IMG/VR virus record: IMGVR_UViG_3300028326_000328
Location: 8,331 to 72,330 of that record
Strand: one strand, 5' to 3'
From: a virus
Lineage: Duplodnaviria > Caudoviricetes
Length of the DNA: 64,000 nucleotides
In this document: positions 9,786 through 18,973 of the stretch, one piece after another
How the letters are laid out: every line of letters starts with the position of its first letter
Numbering within the stretch: the first letter of the stretch is position 1
Notes under the pieces: model-generated
Databases searched by the model: none
Told to the model about the DNA's origin: nothing
What the model saw: only the letters and a program-made list of their open reading frames with translations
Position numbers and translations under genes: made by a program

Positions 9786-9814
9786 TTGAACTCTGCCGAA
9801 CAGAATGCTATAAT
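9786..9814 (+). promoter_or_regulatory. Sigma-A promoter for the HTH-mod-res operon
   Basis: TTGAAC-N17-TATAAT with an extended -10 TG. Confidence 0.8.
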
Positions 9815-9876
9815 GAAAATATGTGGTAGTACGAAACCGCAGGACAGCCTTAAGTGATGTTAGGAGTGTCGTGGAT

Positions 9877-10089
9877 ATGGGAGTAAGCTACAAAAAGCTT
9901 TGGAAGATTTTAATTGATAAAGATATGAAAAAAAAGGACTTGCAAGAGACATCGGGCGTCAGCTGGGCATCTATCACCAAAATGTCAAAGGGCGAAACTG
10001 TGAGCATGGATGTGCTGATAAAAATCTGCAAATCCTTGCAATGCAACATCGGGGATATCCTGGATTTGGTTGATGACAAAACAGAATAA
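9877..10089 (+). CDS. Cro/C1-type HTH (HTH_26-like) regulator
   Basis: VSYKKLWKILIDKDMKKKDL...ITKMSKGETVSMDVLIKICKSLQCNIGDI. Confidence 0.85.
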   Translation: MGVSYKKLWKILIDKDMKKKDLQETSGVSWASITKMSKGETVSMDVLIKICKSLQCNIGDILDLVDDKTE

Positions 10090-10127
10090 GTTGCGTAAAG
10101 TACGACAGATGACGGAGGATTCAACAT

Positions 10128-12215
10128 ATGGCTGCAATCAATGATCTGATCAACCAAATTGATAACCCTGAACTGCGAGAGCGCATTCAGCGGGAAGTAG
10201 ACCGTATGAACAAGCAGAAAAAATTCGGCCTGGTTTTTGAAGAGCATCTCCCCGAATGCGCCCCGTTGTATGATGTTCCCGTGAACAAGGGAAGCTTGGT
10301 TGCGCTTAAAACCGGCAAGATGAGCGACAATTATGTTGTGCTAAGGCTAGCCGATGGTCAGGCGATCTGTTTACCGAAAGCGGGCGGGGAGTCTGCATCG
10401 TTTCCTGTGGCGGATCTGGTATCCGTGGCTGAATTCGGTGAGCCGATCTATCCGCACCTCAAGCCCATCGACACCGTGTGCAACGCGCCCGACAGCGACC
10501 TGTGGCATGTGCTGATCGAAGCGGACAACTACCATGCCCTACAGTTCCTAGAATACCTCTATGCCGGAAAGGTGGACTGCATCTATATCGATCCGCCGTA
10601 CAATACCGGTGCAAGAGACTGGAAGTACAACAATGACTATGTAGATGGCAACGACACCTATCGCCACAGCAAATGGCTGTCAATGATGCAAAAACGGCTT
10701 AAGATCGCCAAGAAGCTACTGAACCCGAAGGATTCTGTGCTGATCGTGACCATTGATGAAAAAGAGTATCTGCATCTTGGATGCTTGCTGGAGGAATTAT
10801 TCCCAGATGCAAAAATGCAAATGATATCAAGCATTATTAACCCAAAGGGAACAGCTCGGACTAATGAATTTAGCCGAGTAAACGAATTTATATATTTCGT
10901 AATGATCGGCGATTATACTTTGTCCCGAACAGGAAGTGATATGCTAACCCAAGATGTGTCTCAAGACACAAATGTAAGATGGCGTGGCTTTCCTCGAACG
11001 GGGCGAAAAGGGTTGCGGCCAGTTAATCCTGGTTCATGGTATCCTGTTTATTTTAACTGCAGCGATGACTCTTTTCATTCTGTTGGAAATGCGGTTTACG
11101 AAGGAGCAAATATTCCGGTTGCTCCAGAAGGCACTTATGAAATTTGGCCTCCTGTACGAGATGGTGAAGAGTATAGTTGGGGAATGGTTCCGTCAACCTT
11201 TCGCAAGCTTTATGAAATCGGAGCTATTAAATTTGGAAAACCCACGAAAGGTAAGGGGGCTTCTATATCCTACCTTACGAACAATCAACTGAAACAGATT
11301 GAAGACGGAACTATTAAAGTAATTGGGCGAGATGCCAATGGTTCTCTGGAAGTTGTTTATGTAGACGATTCAAAAACAACAGCGCCTAAAACCCAGTGGA
11401 ACATGACGGCTCATGAAGCTGGCGCATATGGAACCAACATAATTGGCTCATTGATACCGGGTAGACGGTTTGCCTTTCCGAAGTCTTTGTATGCAGTGGA
11501 AGATGCAATTCGTTTTTTTGTAAAAGAAAAACCGTGTGCATTAATCATCGACTTTTTTGCCGGTTCTGGCACAACCCTTCATGCCGTCAACCTTCTCAAT
11601 GCCGAGGACGGCGGGCATCGTCGATGCATCATGGTGACAAACAACGAGGTGTCCGACAATGAAGCCAAGTCGCTGACGGCACAGGGCTATCACCCCGGCG
11701 ATCCCGAATGGGAAAGACTCGGCATTGCTCGTTACGTCACATGGCCTCGCACAGTCTGTTCCATCGTAGGCCATGATGTGAACGGTCAGCCGCTCAAGGG
11801 CGAATACATCGGCAGCAAGATTCCCATGGCGGACGGCTTCAAGGCGAACGCTGCCTTCTTCAAGCTGAGCTTCTTGAACAAGACCAGTGTTGCACTGGGT
11901 CGTCAGTTCAAGGAGATGCTGCCGACGCTGTGGATGAAAGCCGGTTCGCACGGGGCATGCCCCACGCTGGAAGATAGAGAAACGCCCACCATGCTGGTGT
12001 TGCCTGAAAACCGCTTTGCCGTACTGACGGTGGAATCCGCCTTCAGCGATTTTGCGGAACAGGTCAATGCTCTCCCCGAAATCCAAACGGTGTACATTGT
12101 CACCGATTATGAAGCCGGATACTGCGCCATGGCGAAAAACCTGAATGCGCCGCACACCTTCCAGCTTTATCGCGATTACTTTGATAATTTTAGAATCAAT
12201 ACAGGGAGGTACTGA
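10128..12215 (+). CDS. mod: Type III R-M modification subunit (N6-adenine/N4-cytosine MTase)
   Basis: IYIDPPYNTG (motif IV) precedes IIDFFAGSGTT (motif I); directly upstream of a res-like helicase. Confidence 0.85.
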   Translation: MAAINDLINQIDNPELRERIQREVDRMNKQKKFGLVFEEHLPECAPLYDVPVNKGSLVALKTGKMSDNYVVLRLADGQAICLPKAGGESASFPVADLVSVAEFGEPIYPHLKPIDTVCNAPDSDLWHVLIEADNYHALQFLEYLYAGKVDCIYIDPPYNTGARDWKYNNDYVDGNDTYRHSKWLSMMQKRLKIAKKLLNPKDSVLIVTIDEKEYLHLGCLLEELFPDAKMQMISSIINPKGTARTNEFSRVNEFIYFVMIGDYTLSRTGSDMLTQDVSQDTNVRWRGFPRTGRKGLRPVNPGSWYPVYFNCSDDSFHSVGNAVYEGANIPVAPEGTYEIWPPVRDGEEYSWGMVPSTFRKLYEIGAIKFGKPTKGKGASISYLTNNQLKQIEDGTIKVIGRDANGSLEVVYVDDSKTTAPKTQWNMTAHEAGAYGTNIIGSLIPGRRFAFPKSLYAVEDAIRFFVKEKPCALIIDFFAGSGTTLHAVNLLNAEDGGHRRCIMVTNNEVSDNEAKSLTAQGYHPGDPEWERLGIARYVTWPRTVCSIVGHDVNGQPLKGEYIGSKIPMADGFKANAAFFKLSFLNKTSVALGRQFKEMLPTLWMKAGSHGACPTLEDRETPTMLVLPENRFAVLTVESAFSDFAEQVNALPEIQTVYIVTDYEAGYCAMAKNLNAPHTFQLYRDYFDNFRINTGRY

Positions 12216-12217
12216 CA

Positions 12218-15022
12218 ATGAGGGTTGAATTATTTCCATTTCAGAAAAAGGCAGTTACCGACCTGCGCATAAAACTTGCAGAAGCACTGGGCAGCTATCA
12301 TCGCACTCACATTCCGCAGGTGGTTTCTCTGCAGGCGCCGACCGGCTCCGGCAAAACCATTATCATGGCTGCGCTCGTAGAGGACATATACTTCGGAACC
12401 GAGCAGTTTACCGAGCAGCCAGAGGCAATTTTCGTCTGGTTGTCAGATTCTCCTGAGCTTAATGCACAGTCAAAGCAGAAATTCGACCTGAAGGCGGATA
12501 AGATTCGCTTTGGGCAGTGTGTCACCATTGAGGACGAGTCCTTCGACATGGAGATGCTGGATGACGGGCATATTTACTTCCTCAACACGCAGAAGCTCGG
12601 CAAGGCTGGGAATCTGGGAAAGCACTCCGACACCCGGCAGTACACTATCTGGGAAACGCTAGCTAACACCGTACGGGAAAAGAGCGACCGGCTCTATTTC
12701 CTCATCGATGAAGCGCATCGTGGCGCACAAGGACGCGAGGCCGGGAAGGCCACCTCCATCATGCAGCGCTTTCTAAAGGGAAGCCCGGAAGTGAAGCTGC
12801 CACCCATGCCCGTGGTTATTGGCATCAGTGCTACGGCGGAGCGCTTCAACAAGCTGGTCGGCGACACCACCTCCACCCTACAGAAGTGCATCGTCTCGGC
12901 AAATGATGTGCGCACTTCCGGCTTGCTGAAGGATCGCATCGTCATCACCTACCCGGACGATCCGCAGCGGAACAACGAAATGGCGCTCTTGCAGGCGGCC
13001 ACGGACGAATGGCGCAAGAAGTGCGAGCATTGGTATCAGTATTCCTATGAACAACACTATGCGCAGGTGAACCCTATCTTCCTGATTCAGGTGCTTGCAG
13101 GCAGCGGCAAAGCCGTGTCCGACACGAAACTCGATGATGTCATTGCAAAGGTCGAGGAGCGCCTCGGCACACGCTTCCGCGAACATGAAGTGGTGCACAC
13201 CTTTGGCTCTACGCCTGCGCTGACCATCAACGGTTTGCAGGTGGAGCGCATCGAGCCTTCTGAGATTTCCGAGGACAAGCGCATCCGTGTGGTGCTGTTC
13301 AAGGAGAACCTCTCCACGGGCTGGGATTGCCCTCGTGCCGAAACGATGATGTCCTTCCGTCATGCAGAGGATGCCACCTATATTGCGCAGCTTCTTGGGC
13401 GCATGGTGCGCACTCCGCTGCAATGCCATATCCTCGTTGATGATTCGCTGAACGATGTGCGGTTGTACCTACCGTATTTCAACCAGAATACGGTAAAGTC
13501 CGTCATTGATGAGCTGCAAAGCACTGAAGGTGGCGATATTCCGACTGTAATCGATGGGGAATCGCTGGAACAGCAGGTGTATGTGTCGTGGACAGTGCAT
13601 ACGCAGCACCACAGGGAAGCGCAACAGGTTCCTGGTCAGATTAGTTTCTCCAACTTGACAACTTGTGCTGTGACGCCTTTTCAGCCCGCCACACAGCTAG
13701 GACAAAACAGGCTGTCAGGAGATGCGCCGGTTCACCATACAGAGGAACCGTATGTGCCTAATCCTGTGCATCCGCAGACCGAGCCGACTCTGACAGTTCC
13801 CGTCAAGCCCACCTCCGCGCGCACAGAAACATCTCCTGCCGGTGTTCAGACGCGCATGGCGGGTGCAGGCATCGACCGGGAAGCGATTACGAAGTTCATC
13901 AACGATCAATCCCTGCTGACATATATGGTGCGCTCAGTAAAGATCAATAACTATATGAAGTCCCTACTGAACCTTGCCAGTCTGCTGACGCGCGAAGCCA
14001 TCTTCCCGGCTGCGACTGATGAGGTTAAGGCCGATGTTGTGGATATGATCCGCCATTACGCAGAGGAGCTGCGTTATACGGGAAAGTATAAAGAATTAGC
14101 CAGTCAGGTGCTGTCCTTCAAGCTATCTGTTCGCGTTTTTGACGTGTTCGGCGAATCTCTGGACAACGGTATGGCGCAGGGCTTCTTGGCTGCCTCCGAG
14201 AGCGATCTGGATCGTCAGCTTCGCGCTGCAGATGCCCGGATGAGCGGTTATGGCTTCCCGAATTGCTATGGGCAGCAATATTTCAACGAGGACGATCCCT
14301 CCGCCTATAAAATCGACTGCATCCTTTTCGCTGCAGACGATGACTGCATCGCCACAATGAACCGCTACGCGGAGAAGAAATTCCATGGTCTCAATGATAA
14401 GTATCGCAAGTATATCGTTGGTAAATCCGAAAAGTGCCGGAAGCAGTACAGCGACATCATCGCGGACGGTGATGTGATCAGTAAGCATAGCTTCACCCTG
14501 CCGGAGACAATCAGCGTGAAGAATGAAAAAGACGGTAAAGAATACGATAATCATCTGTTCGCAGATGAAAATGGAGTTGCCATTATCAAACTGAACGGTT
14601 GGGAAGATGACCTGATCTCCGAAGAGGAAAAGCGGCCTGACTTCGTGTGCTGGCTGCGGAATCCGCCTCGCGTATCGTGGTCGCTGTGCATTCCGTATGA
14701 GATCAACGGCGAAGTGAAGGCCACATATCCCGATTTCCTGATTATTCGAGGCGATCCACAACTGAACTACGTCGTGGACATCCTCGAACCACACAACCCG
14801 GAATTCAAGGATAATCTCGGCAAGGCGAAGGGCTTTGCTAAGTATGCCGAAAACGAGCCTTGCATTGGACGCGTGCAGTTGATTCGCACAGGAAAGGATG
14901 CCGCAGGAAAAACGCGTTTCAAGCGTCTTGATCTGTCGCATGGGGCTGTTCGTGACAAGGTGCTGAAAGCGCAGAATAACGACGAGCTAGACCATATTTT
15001 AGAAACAGATGGTATTTTCTGA
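12218..15022 (+). CDS. res: Type III R-M restriction subunit (SF2 helicase plus C-terminal nuclease)
   Basis: APTGSGKT, LIDEAH, ISATA, LSTGWDCP, QLLGRMVR; C-terminal YPDF...DILEPH. Confidence 0.85.
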   Translation: MRVELFPFQKKAVTDLRIKLAEALGSYHRTHIPQVVSLQAPTGSGKTIIMAALVEDIYFGTEQFTEQPEAIFVWLSDSPELNAQSKQKFDLKADKIRFGQCVTIEDESFDMEMLDDGHIYFLNTQKLGKAGNLGKHSDTRQYTIWETLANTVREKSDRLYFLIDEAHRGAQGREAGKATSIMQRFLKGSPEVKLPPMPVVIGISATAERFNKLVGDTTSTLQKCIVSANDVRTSGLLKDRIVITYPDDPQRNNEMALLQAATDEWRKKCEHWYQYSYEQHYAQVNPIFLIQVLAGSGKAVSDTKLDDVIAKVEERLGTRFREHEVVHTFGSTPALTINGLQVERIEPSEISEDKRIRVVLFKENLSTGWDCPRAETMMSFRHAEDATYIAQLLGRMVRTPLQCHILVDDSLNDVRLYLPYFNQNTVKSVIDELQSTEGGDIPTVIDGESLEQQVYVSWTVHTQHHREAQQVPGQISFSNLTTCAVTPFQPATQLGQNRLSGDAPVHHTEEPYVPNPVHPQTEPTLTVPVKPTSARTETSPAGVQTRMAGAGIDREAITKFINDQSLLTYMVRSVKINNYMKSLLNLASLLTREAIFPAATDEVKADVVDMIRHYAEELRYTGKYKELASQVLSFKLSVRVFDVFGESLDNGMAQGFLAASESDLDRQLRAADARMSGYGFPNCYGQQYFNEDDPSAYKIDCILFAADDDCIATMNRYAEKKFHGLNDKYRKYIVGKSEKCRKQYSDIIADGDVISKHSFTLPETISVKNEKDGKEYDNHLFADENGVAIIKLNGWEDDLISEEEKRPDFVCWLRNPPRVSWSLCIPYEINGEVKATYPDFLIIRGDPQLNYVVDILEPHNPEFKDNLGKAKGFAKYAENEPCIGRVQLIRTGKDAAGKTRFKRLDLSHGAVRDKVLKAQNNDELDHILETDGIF

Positions 15023-15041
15023 TTGAATACCGGAATGTCAA

Positions 15042-15200
15042 ATGGAGAGTGAGTGCGCCTTGCAGCAGGTGATCTTTTCCATTATGTTGGACAACATGGA
15101 GCTGTTCAAGCAGTTTCAGGACAATCCTTCCTTTTAGAAGTGGCTGTCCGATATGGTGTTCAACATGACGTATCAAGAAAATGCGCGCAAGGGGAACTGA
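15042..15200 (+). pseudogene. Relic of the C-terminus of a Type I restriction subunit (HsdR)
   Basis: My translation: MESECALQQVIFSIMLDNMELFKQFQDNPSF*KWLSDMVFNMTY, with an in-frame TAG at 15135-15137. I recognise it from memory as an HsdR C-terminal motif. Confidence 0.65.
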
Positions 15201-15229
15201 CCAGAAACGTCGATGGAATTTGAAAGGGA

Positions 15230-16375
15230 GTGACACGTGTGGTTAACAACTTTTTTCAGGAGCAGCGCGAACAATCAATGATAAAGGCTAGAATTGTTGC
15301 GAAGTACTTTGATGCCTGGGCAAAAGTAATACTTGCCACACAGAAGAAGTATCCTCAGCACGTCCAAAGAATGGCGTATATTGATTTGTTTGCAGGGCCA
15401 GGCAGGTATGATGATCAGAGCAAATCCACCCCCTTGTTGGTTTTAGAAACCATCCTCAGCAGCCCTGAACTTTCAGGAAGAATGGTTACGTGGTTTAATG
15501 ATAAGGATCTAGCAAATATTGAGAGCCTCAAAACTTCAATAAGTCAACTCCCCGGCATAGAAAGGCTCAAGTACCCTCCAGCGTTCTATAATGAAGAGGT
15601 TGGAGACGAAATTGCTGAAATGTTTAGTCGAATAAAGCTCGTCCCAGCATTTTTCTTTGTCGATCCGTGGGGGTATAAAGGGCTTTCGCTCAACTTAGTG
15701 TCCTCGATTATCAAAGATTGGGGATGTGATTGTGTATTTTTCTTTAACTATAATCGCGTGAACATGGGCGTCAATAATGATGCTATAAGGACTCATATGG
15801 TATCTTTGTTTGGTGAAGAGCGTCTAGGCACACTTCAACAAGAGTGCTTCGGCAAAACACCAGACGAACGGGAAATGATTGTTGTGCAGGCGTTATGCGA
15901 CTCGTTGCGTCAGAATGGGAGCCGATTTGTTTTGCCATTTAGATTTCGTAATGATAGTGGAACTCGAACAAGCCATCATTTAATATTCTTGAGCAAGGAC
16001 TTCCTAGGATACGATATTATGAAAGGAATTATGCATAAGGAATGTTCTGAAAATAACGAGTGCGTTTCAACATTTGAATACAACCCACGAGATGCTCATT
16101 TCAGGCAAGGTTCCATCTTTGATTTATTATCTACGCCGTTAGAAAAATTGATCGGCATGCTTTTGTCGGAGTACGCGGGTAAAACGATCGACTTTATGCG
16201 CCTGTACGAAGAGCATAGTGTTGATAGGCCATACATTAAGAAGAATTATAAAGATGTTCTTAGGAAACTATATGATGAAGGGAAAGTTGCGGCGAAAGAT
16301 CCCACAACAGATAAGCAGCCGAAGAAAGGTACTTTTTCTGATAAAATGCGAATTACGTTTGGAGATATAAAATGA
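15230..16375 (+). CDS. tcmP: Three-Cys-motif partner protein TcmP (SAM-binding methyltransferase-like, with C-terminal wHTH)
   Basis: KARIVAKYFDAW, YIDLFAGPG, FFFVDPWGYKG, YHLI-like HHLIF; paired with DUF5131. Confidence 0.8.
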   Translation: MTRVVNNFFQEQREQSMIKARIVAKYFDAWAKVILATQKKYPQHVQRMAYIDLFAGPGRYDDQSKSTPLLVLETILSSPELSGRMVTWFNDKDLANIESLKTSISQLPGIERLKYPPAFYNEEVGDEIAEMFSRIKLVPAFFFVDPWGYKGLSLNLVSSIIKDWGCDCVFFFNYNRVNMGVNNDAIRTHMVSLFGEERLGTLQQECFGKTPDEREMIVVQALCDSLRQNGSRFVLPFRFRNDSGTRTSHHLIFLSKDFLGYDIMKGIMHKECSENNECVSTFEYNPRDAHFRQGSIFDLLSTPLEKLIGMLLSEYAGKTIDFMRLYEEHSVDRPYIKKNYKDVLRKLYDEGKVAAKDPTTDKQPKKGTFSDKMRITFGDIK

Positions 16376-17109
16376 GCGTAACGAAGATTGAATGGACAGA
16401 AAGAACATGGAACCCCGTCACTGGTTGCACAAAGATATCGGCGGGATGCGCGCATTGTTACGCTGAGATAATGGCCAATCGGCTTAAGGCAATGGGGGTC
16501 GAGAAATATTCAAATGGCTTTTTGCCGACGGTCCACGAAGATGCTCTTGATGAGCCGATTAGTTGGAAAGCTCCACACACGATTTTTGTTTGTTCAATGG
16601 CAGACTTGTTCCATGAATCCGTCCCTTTTTCGTTTATCGATAGAGTAATGGATACAATTCAGAAAGCCACACACCATCGTTATCAGATACTTACAAAACG
16701 CGCCGGAAGAATGGCTGAGTATTTTGGAAATAATACTGTGCCATCCAATGTCTGGTTAGGCGTTACAGTAGAGGATGTAGAGGCTAAGTCAAGAATTGAA
16801 ATCCTTAGAAATGTAAAAGCGTCTGTTCGTTTTTTATCTTGCGAACCTCTTTTAGAGGACTTAGGCAGACTTGATTTATCGGATATCAACTGGATCATTG
16901 TTGGAGGTGAAAGTGGCGTTCAAGCACGTCCTATGAGCCCGGAATGGGTTATGTCACTACAAGCCCAGGCCAATGATACAAACATACCATTCTTTTTTAA
17001 ACAATGGGGGACGTGGGGATCTGATGGGATTAAGCGAAGCAAAAAAGCTAACGGTAAGCTCCTTGATGGTAAAATTGTGCAAGCTATGCCGCCATTTAAT
17101 GTTGTGTAA
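16372..17109 (+). CDS. DUF5131 / phage Gp37-Gp68 family radical-SAM-like protein
   Basis: WNPVTGCTKISAGCAHCYA (CxxxxxxCxxC), FVCSMADLFH, LTKR, RFLSCEPLL, WIIVGGESG, FFKQWG. Confidence 0.9.
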   Translation: MSVTKIEWTERTWNPVTGCTKISAGCAHCYAEIMANRLKAMGVEKYSNGFLPTVHEDALDEPISWKAPHTIFVCSMADLFHESVPFSFIDRVMDTIQKATHHRYQILTKRAGRMAEYFGNNTVPSNVWLGVTVEDVEAKSRIEILRNVKASVRFLSCEPLLEDLGRLDLSDINWIIVGGESGVQARPMSPEWVMSLQAQANDTNIPFFFKQWGTWGSDGIKRSKKANGKLLDGKIVQAMPPFNVV

Positions 17110-17128
17110 TTTGTTCCGGATAAGACGT

Positions 17129-17362
17129 CTATTCATCGGTATACACCTTCACGAAATCCCATTCTGGCTTTGAGGCAATGTACTCCGTGTAATACTCCAC
17201 TTGCTTTTCGTAGCTGGACAACTGCTCTTCGCTGTCCGTGGAAACGCGGGCATAAGCGGCGACGCGGCGCTTTCTAGTGCTGCCAATCGGCATCGCGGTA
17301 AAACGGTTCAAGGTCGCAGGAACCATCGTAACCCTTGGTTTAAAAGCTCTGGCTTCACTCAT
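17129..17362 (-). pseudogene. Large serine recombinase truncated after 77 aa
   Basis: RVAAYARVSTDSEEQLSSYEKQ...KVYTDE then TAG, where homologues continue with GISG. Confidence 0.85.
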
Positions 17363-18658
17363 CGGCGTACCTCATTCTGGCCTGCGTGGAGGCTCGTGTT
17401 TTCATTTCGGACGTCCAGCTTTCGCTGCGGGACCTGTCCGTCCAAATCCGCTCGACCGTGCTACCATCTTTGAAAACATAAATCAGATGGTTAAAGGCCG
17501 GAACCCGGAGCTCCTGAACGCGCTCCTTAAAAACAGCCTCATCGAACTCGGTCAGGCGAGAACGGAGGCTGTCGTGCTTATCAGGATTTCTTCGGGGATT
17601 TGCTTGGTGTGGCAGTGCTTCTTTCCAAACACCAGATACGTCCCGCAATTCCAAGCTGTTTCCGTGCGGCTCACCTTGCGGCGGTATCGCTTCCCGCATT
17701 TATCGCAGCGGATCATCCCGGTAAACGCGGTGTACTGCGGTGCCTTTCGCTCAATGCCGTTGTGGATGCGGTTGCGCTCCATCTGCTCCTGTACCCGGAG
17801 GAACATCTCCGGCGGGATGATGGCCGGATGCGTACCTTCGGAAAAGTATTTGGGTAACTCCCCGTGGTTGATTTTCTCAAGCTTCGTCAGATGATCCACA
17901 ACGTACTTTTTCTGGAGCAAGGCATTCCCGGCGTACTTCTCATTCTTCAACATATCCAGCACCCGCTTCGGCGACCAAACGCCGCCCCGATAGGACGGAA
18001 TGTTTCGCTCACGCATGATTTCTGATATTTCTGTCACGCCAACGCCACCCAAGTAAGACTCAAACACCCAGCGGACAACAAGCGCCTCTTCAGGCTCAAT
18101 CCATACTCGCCCCTTGCGAATGCGGTATCCATAAAGGAATCGCCAGTTTGCCGGTTCGCCAGCTTCAAACTGCTTTCGGATGCGCCACTTGCAGTTTTCA
18201 GAAACATTCCGGCTTTCCTCCTGCGCGTATGAAGCGAGGATGGAAAGCATCAACTCTCCACCCTCGCTCATGGAATGAATATTCTGTTCCTCAAAGTAGA
18301 CATCAATGCCCAGCGCCTTGAGTTCCCGCACCGTTTCGAGCAATGTGACCGTGTTCCGGGCGAAGCGGGAGATGCTCTTGGTAATCACCATGTCGATCTT
18401 CCCGGCCCGGCAATCGGCAACCATCCGCTGAAAATCAGCCCTGTTTTCCTTCGTGCCGGTAATCGCTTCATCTACATACACCCCGGCATATTCCCATTTG
18501 GGATTCTGCTGAATGTATCCGCTGTAATGGCTCACCTGTGTGGACAGCGAATGCAGCATGGCCTCCTTACCGGACGAAACGCGGGCATAGGCACAAACCC
18601 GCATGCGCACCCAAGCGGGCGGTTTGCTTTGCATAACCCTTTGGATTTTTCTCATCAC
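17355..18658 (-). pseudogene. Serine recombinase family protein with a 1-nt frameshift near 17556
   Basis: YARVSS, DEAITGT, KSISRFARN, NEKYAG, Zn ribbon. The C-terminus (LTEFDE...WTDRSRSESW) continues in the 17355-17699 frame. Confidence 0.8.
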
Positions 18659-18682
18659 GCAGTTCACCTCCTCGTAGTGTCG

Positions 18683-18717
18683 CATATTACCTCTGGTGCC
18701 CATGAATAGCAAGATAA
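18683..18717 (-). promoter_or_regulatory. TTATCTTG-type promoter-like motif upstream of the recombinases
   Basis: TTATC-TTGCTA-N13-GAGGTAATATG; member of a five-copy family. Confidence 0.5.
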
Positions 18718-18738
18718 ATCAACGCGAGAAATGGGTAG

Positions 18739-18798
18739 AAAAAAGACCACAGGGAGGCTCTCCCCTGCGGTACAAGGGGAAGCTCCGCTGTGGTCTTT
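18739..18798 (-). terminator. Long hairpin terminator
   Basis: AAAGACCACAG...CTGTGGTCTTT with a T6 run on the minus strand. Confidence 0.6.
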
Positions 18799-18802
18799 GG
18801 CC

Positions 18803-18958
18803 CTATGCGACGCAGAAAATCGGGCGGTACTTCTCCCGCAGATAGCCGTCGATCTTCTCGAAATCATCTGCGGACAGTATCCCTTCGTTGAGCATCTGCT
18901 GAGAAATGGCCATCATGGCCTGATAGCGCATTTCCCGTTCAAACTGATCGGAGGTCAA
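18803..18958 (-). CDS. SHOCT-like small protein (not in the ORF track)
   Basis: My translation from TTG: MTSDQFEREMRYQAMMAISQQMLNEGILSADDFEKIDGYLREKYRPIFCVA; GGGAGG RBS; typical of these recombinase cassettes. Confidence 0.7.
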   Translation of the reverse strand: MTSDQFEREMRYQAMMAISQQMLNEGILSADDFEKIDGYLREKYRPIFCVA

Positions 18959-18973
18959 GCACAATCCCTCCCA

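Larger units (their letters stand above)
1..17128 (-). mobile_element. Left prophage-like element (partial; runs off the window start): defence arm, regulators and replication module
   Basis: Gene order sigma-like factor, DUF2800, DUF2815, PolA, DUF4406-like, VirE parallels 54910-61751. The boundary is inferred from the truncated recombinase at 17129. Confidence 0.75.

Noticed and set aside
10128-12215. Phase-variable mod (phasevarion)
   Set aside because: I saw no simple-sequence repeat tract in the gene or its promoter.
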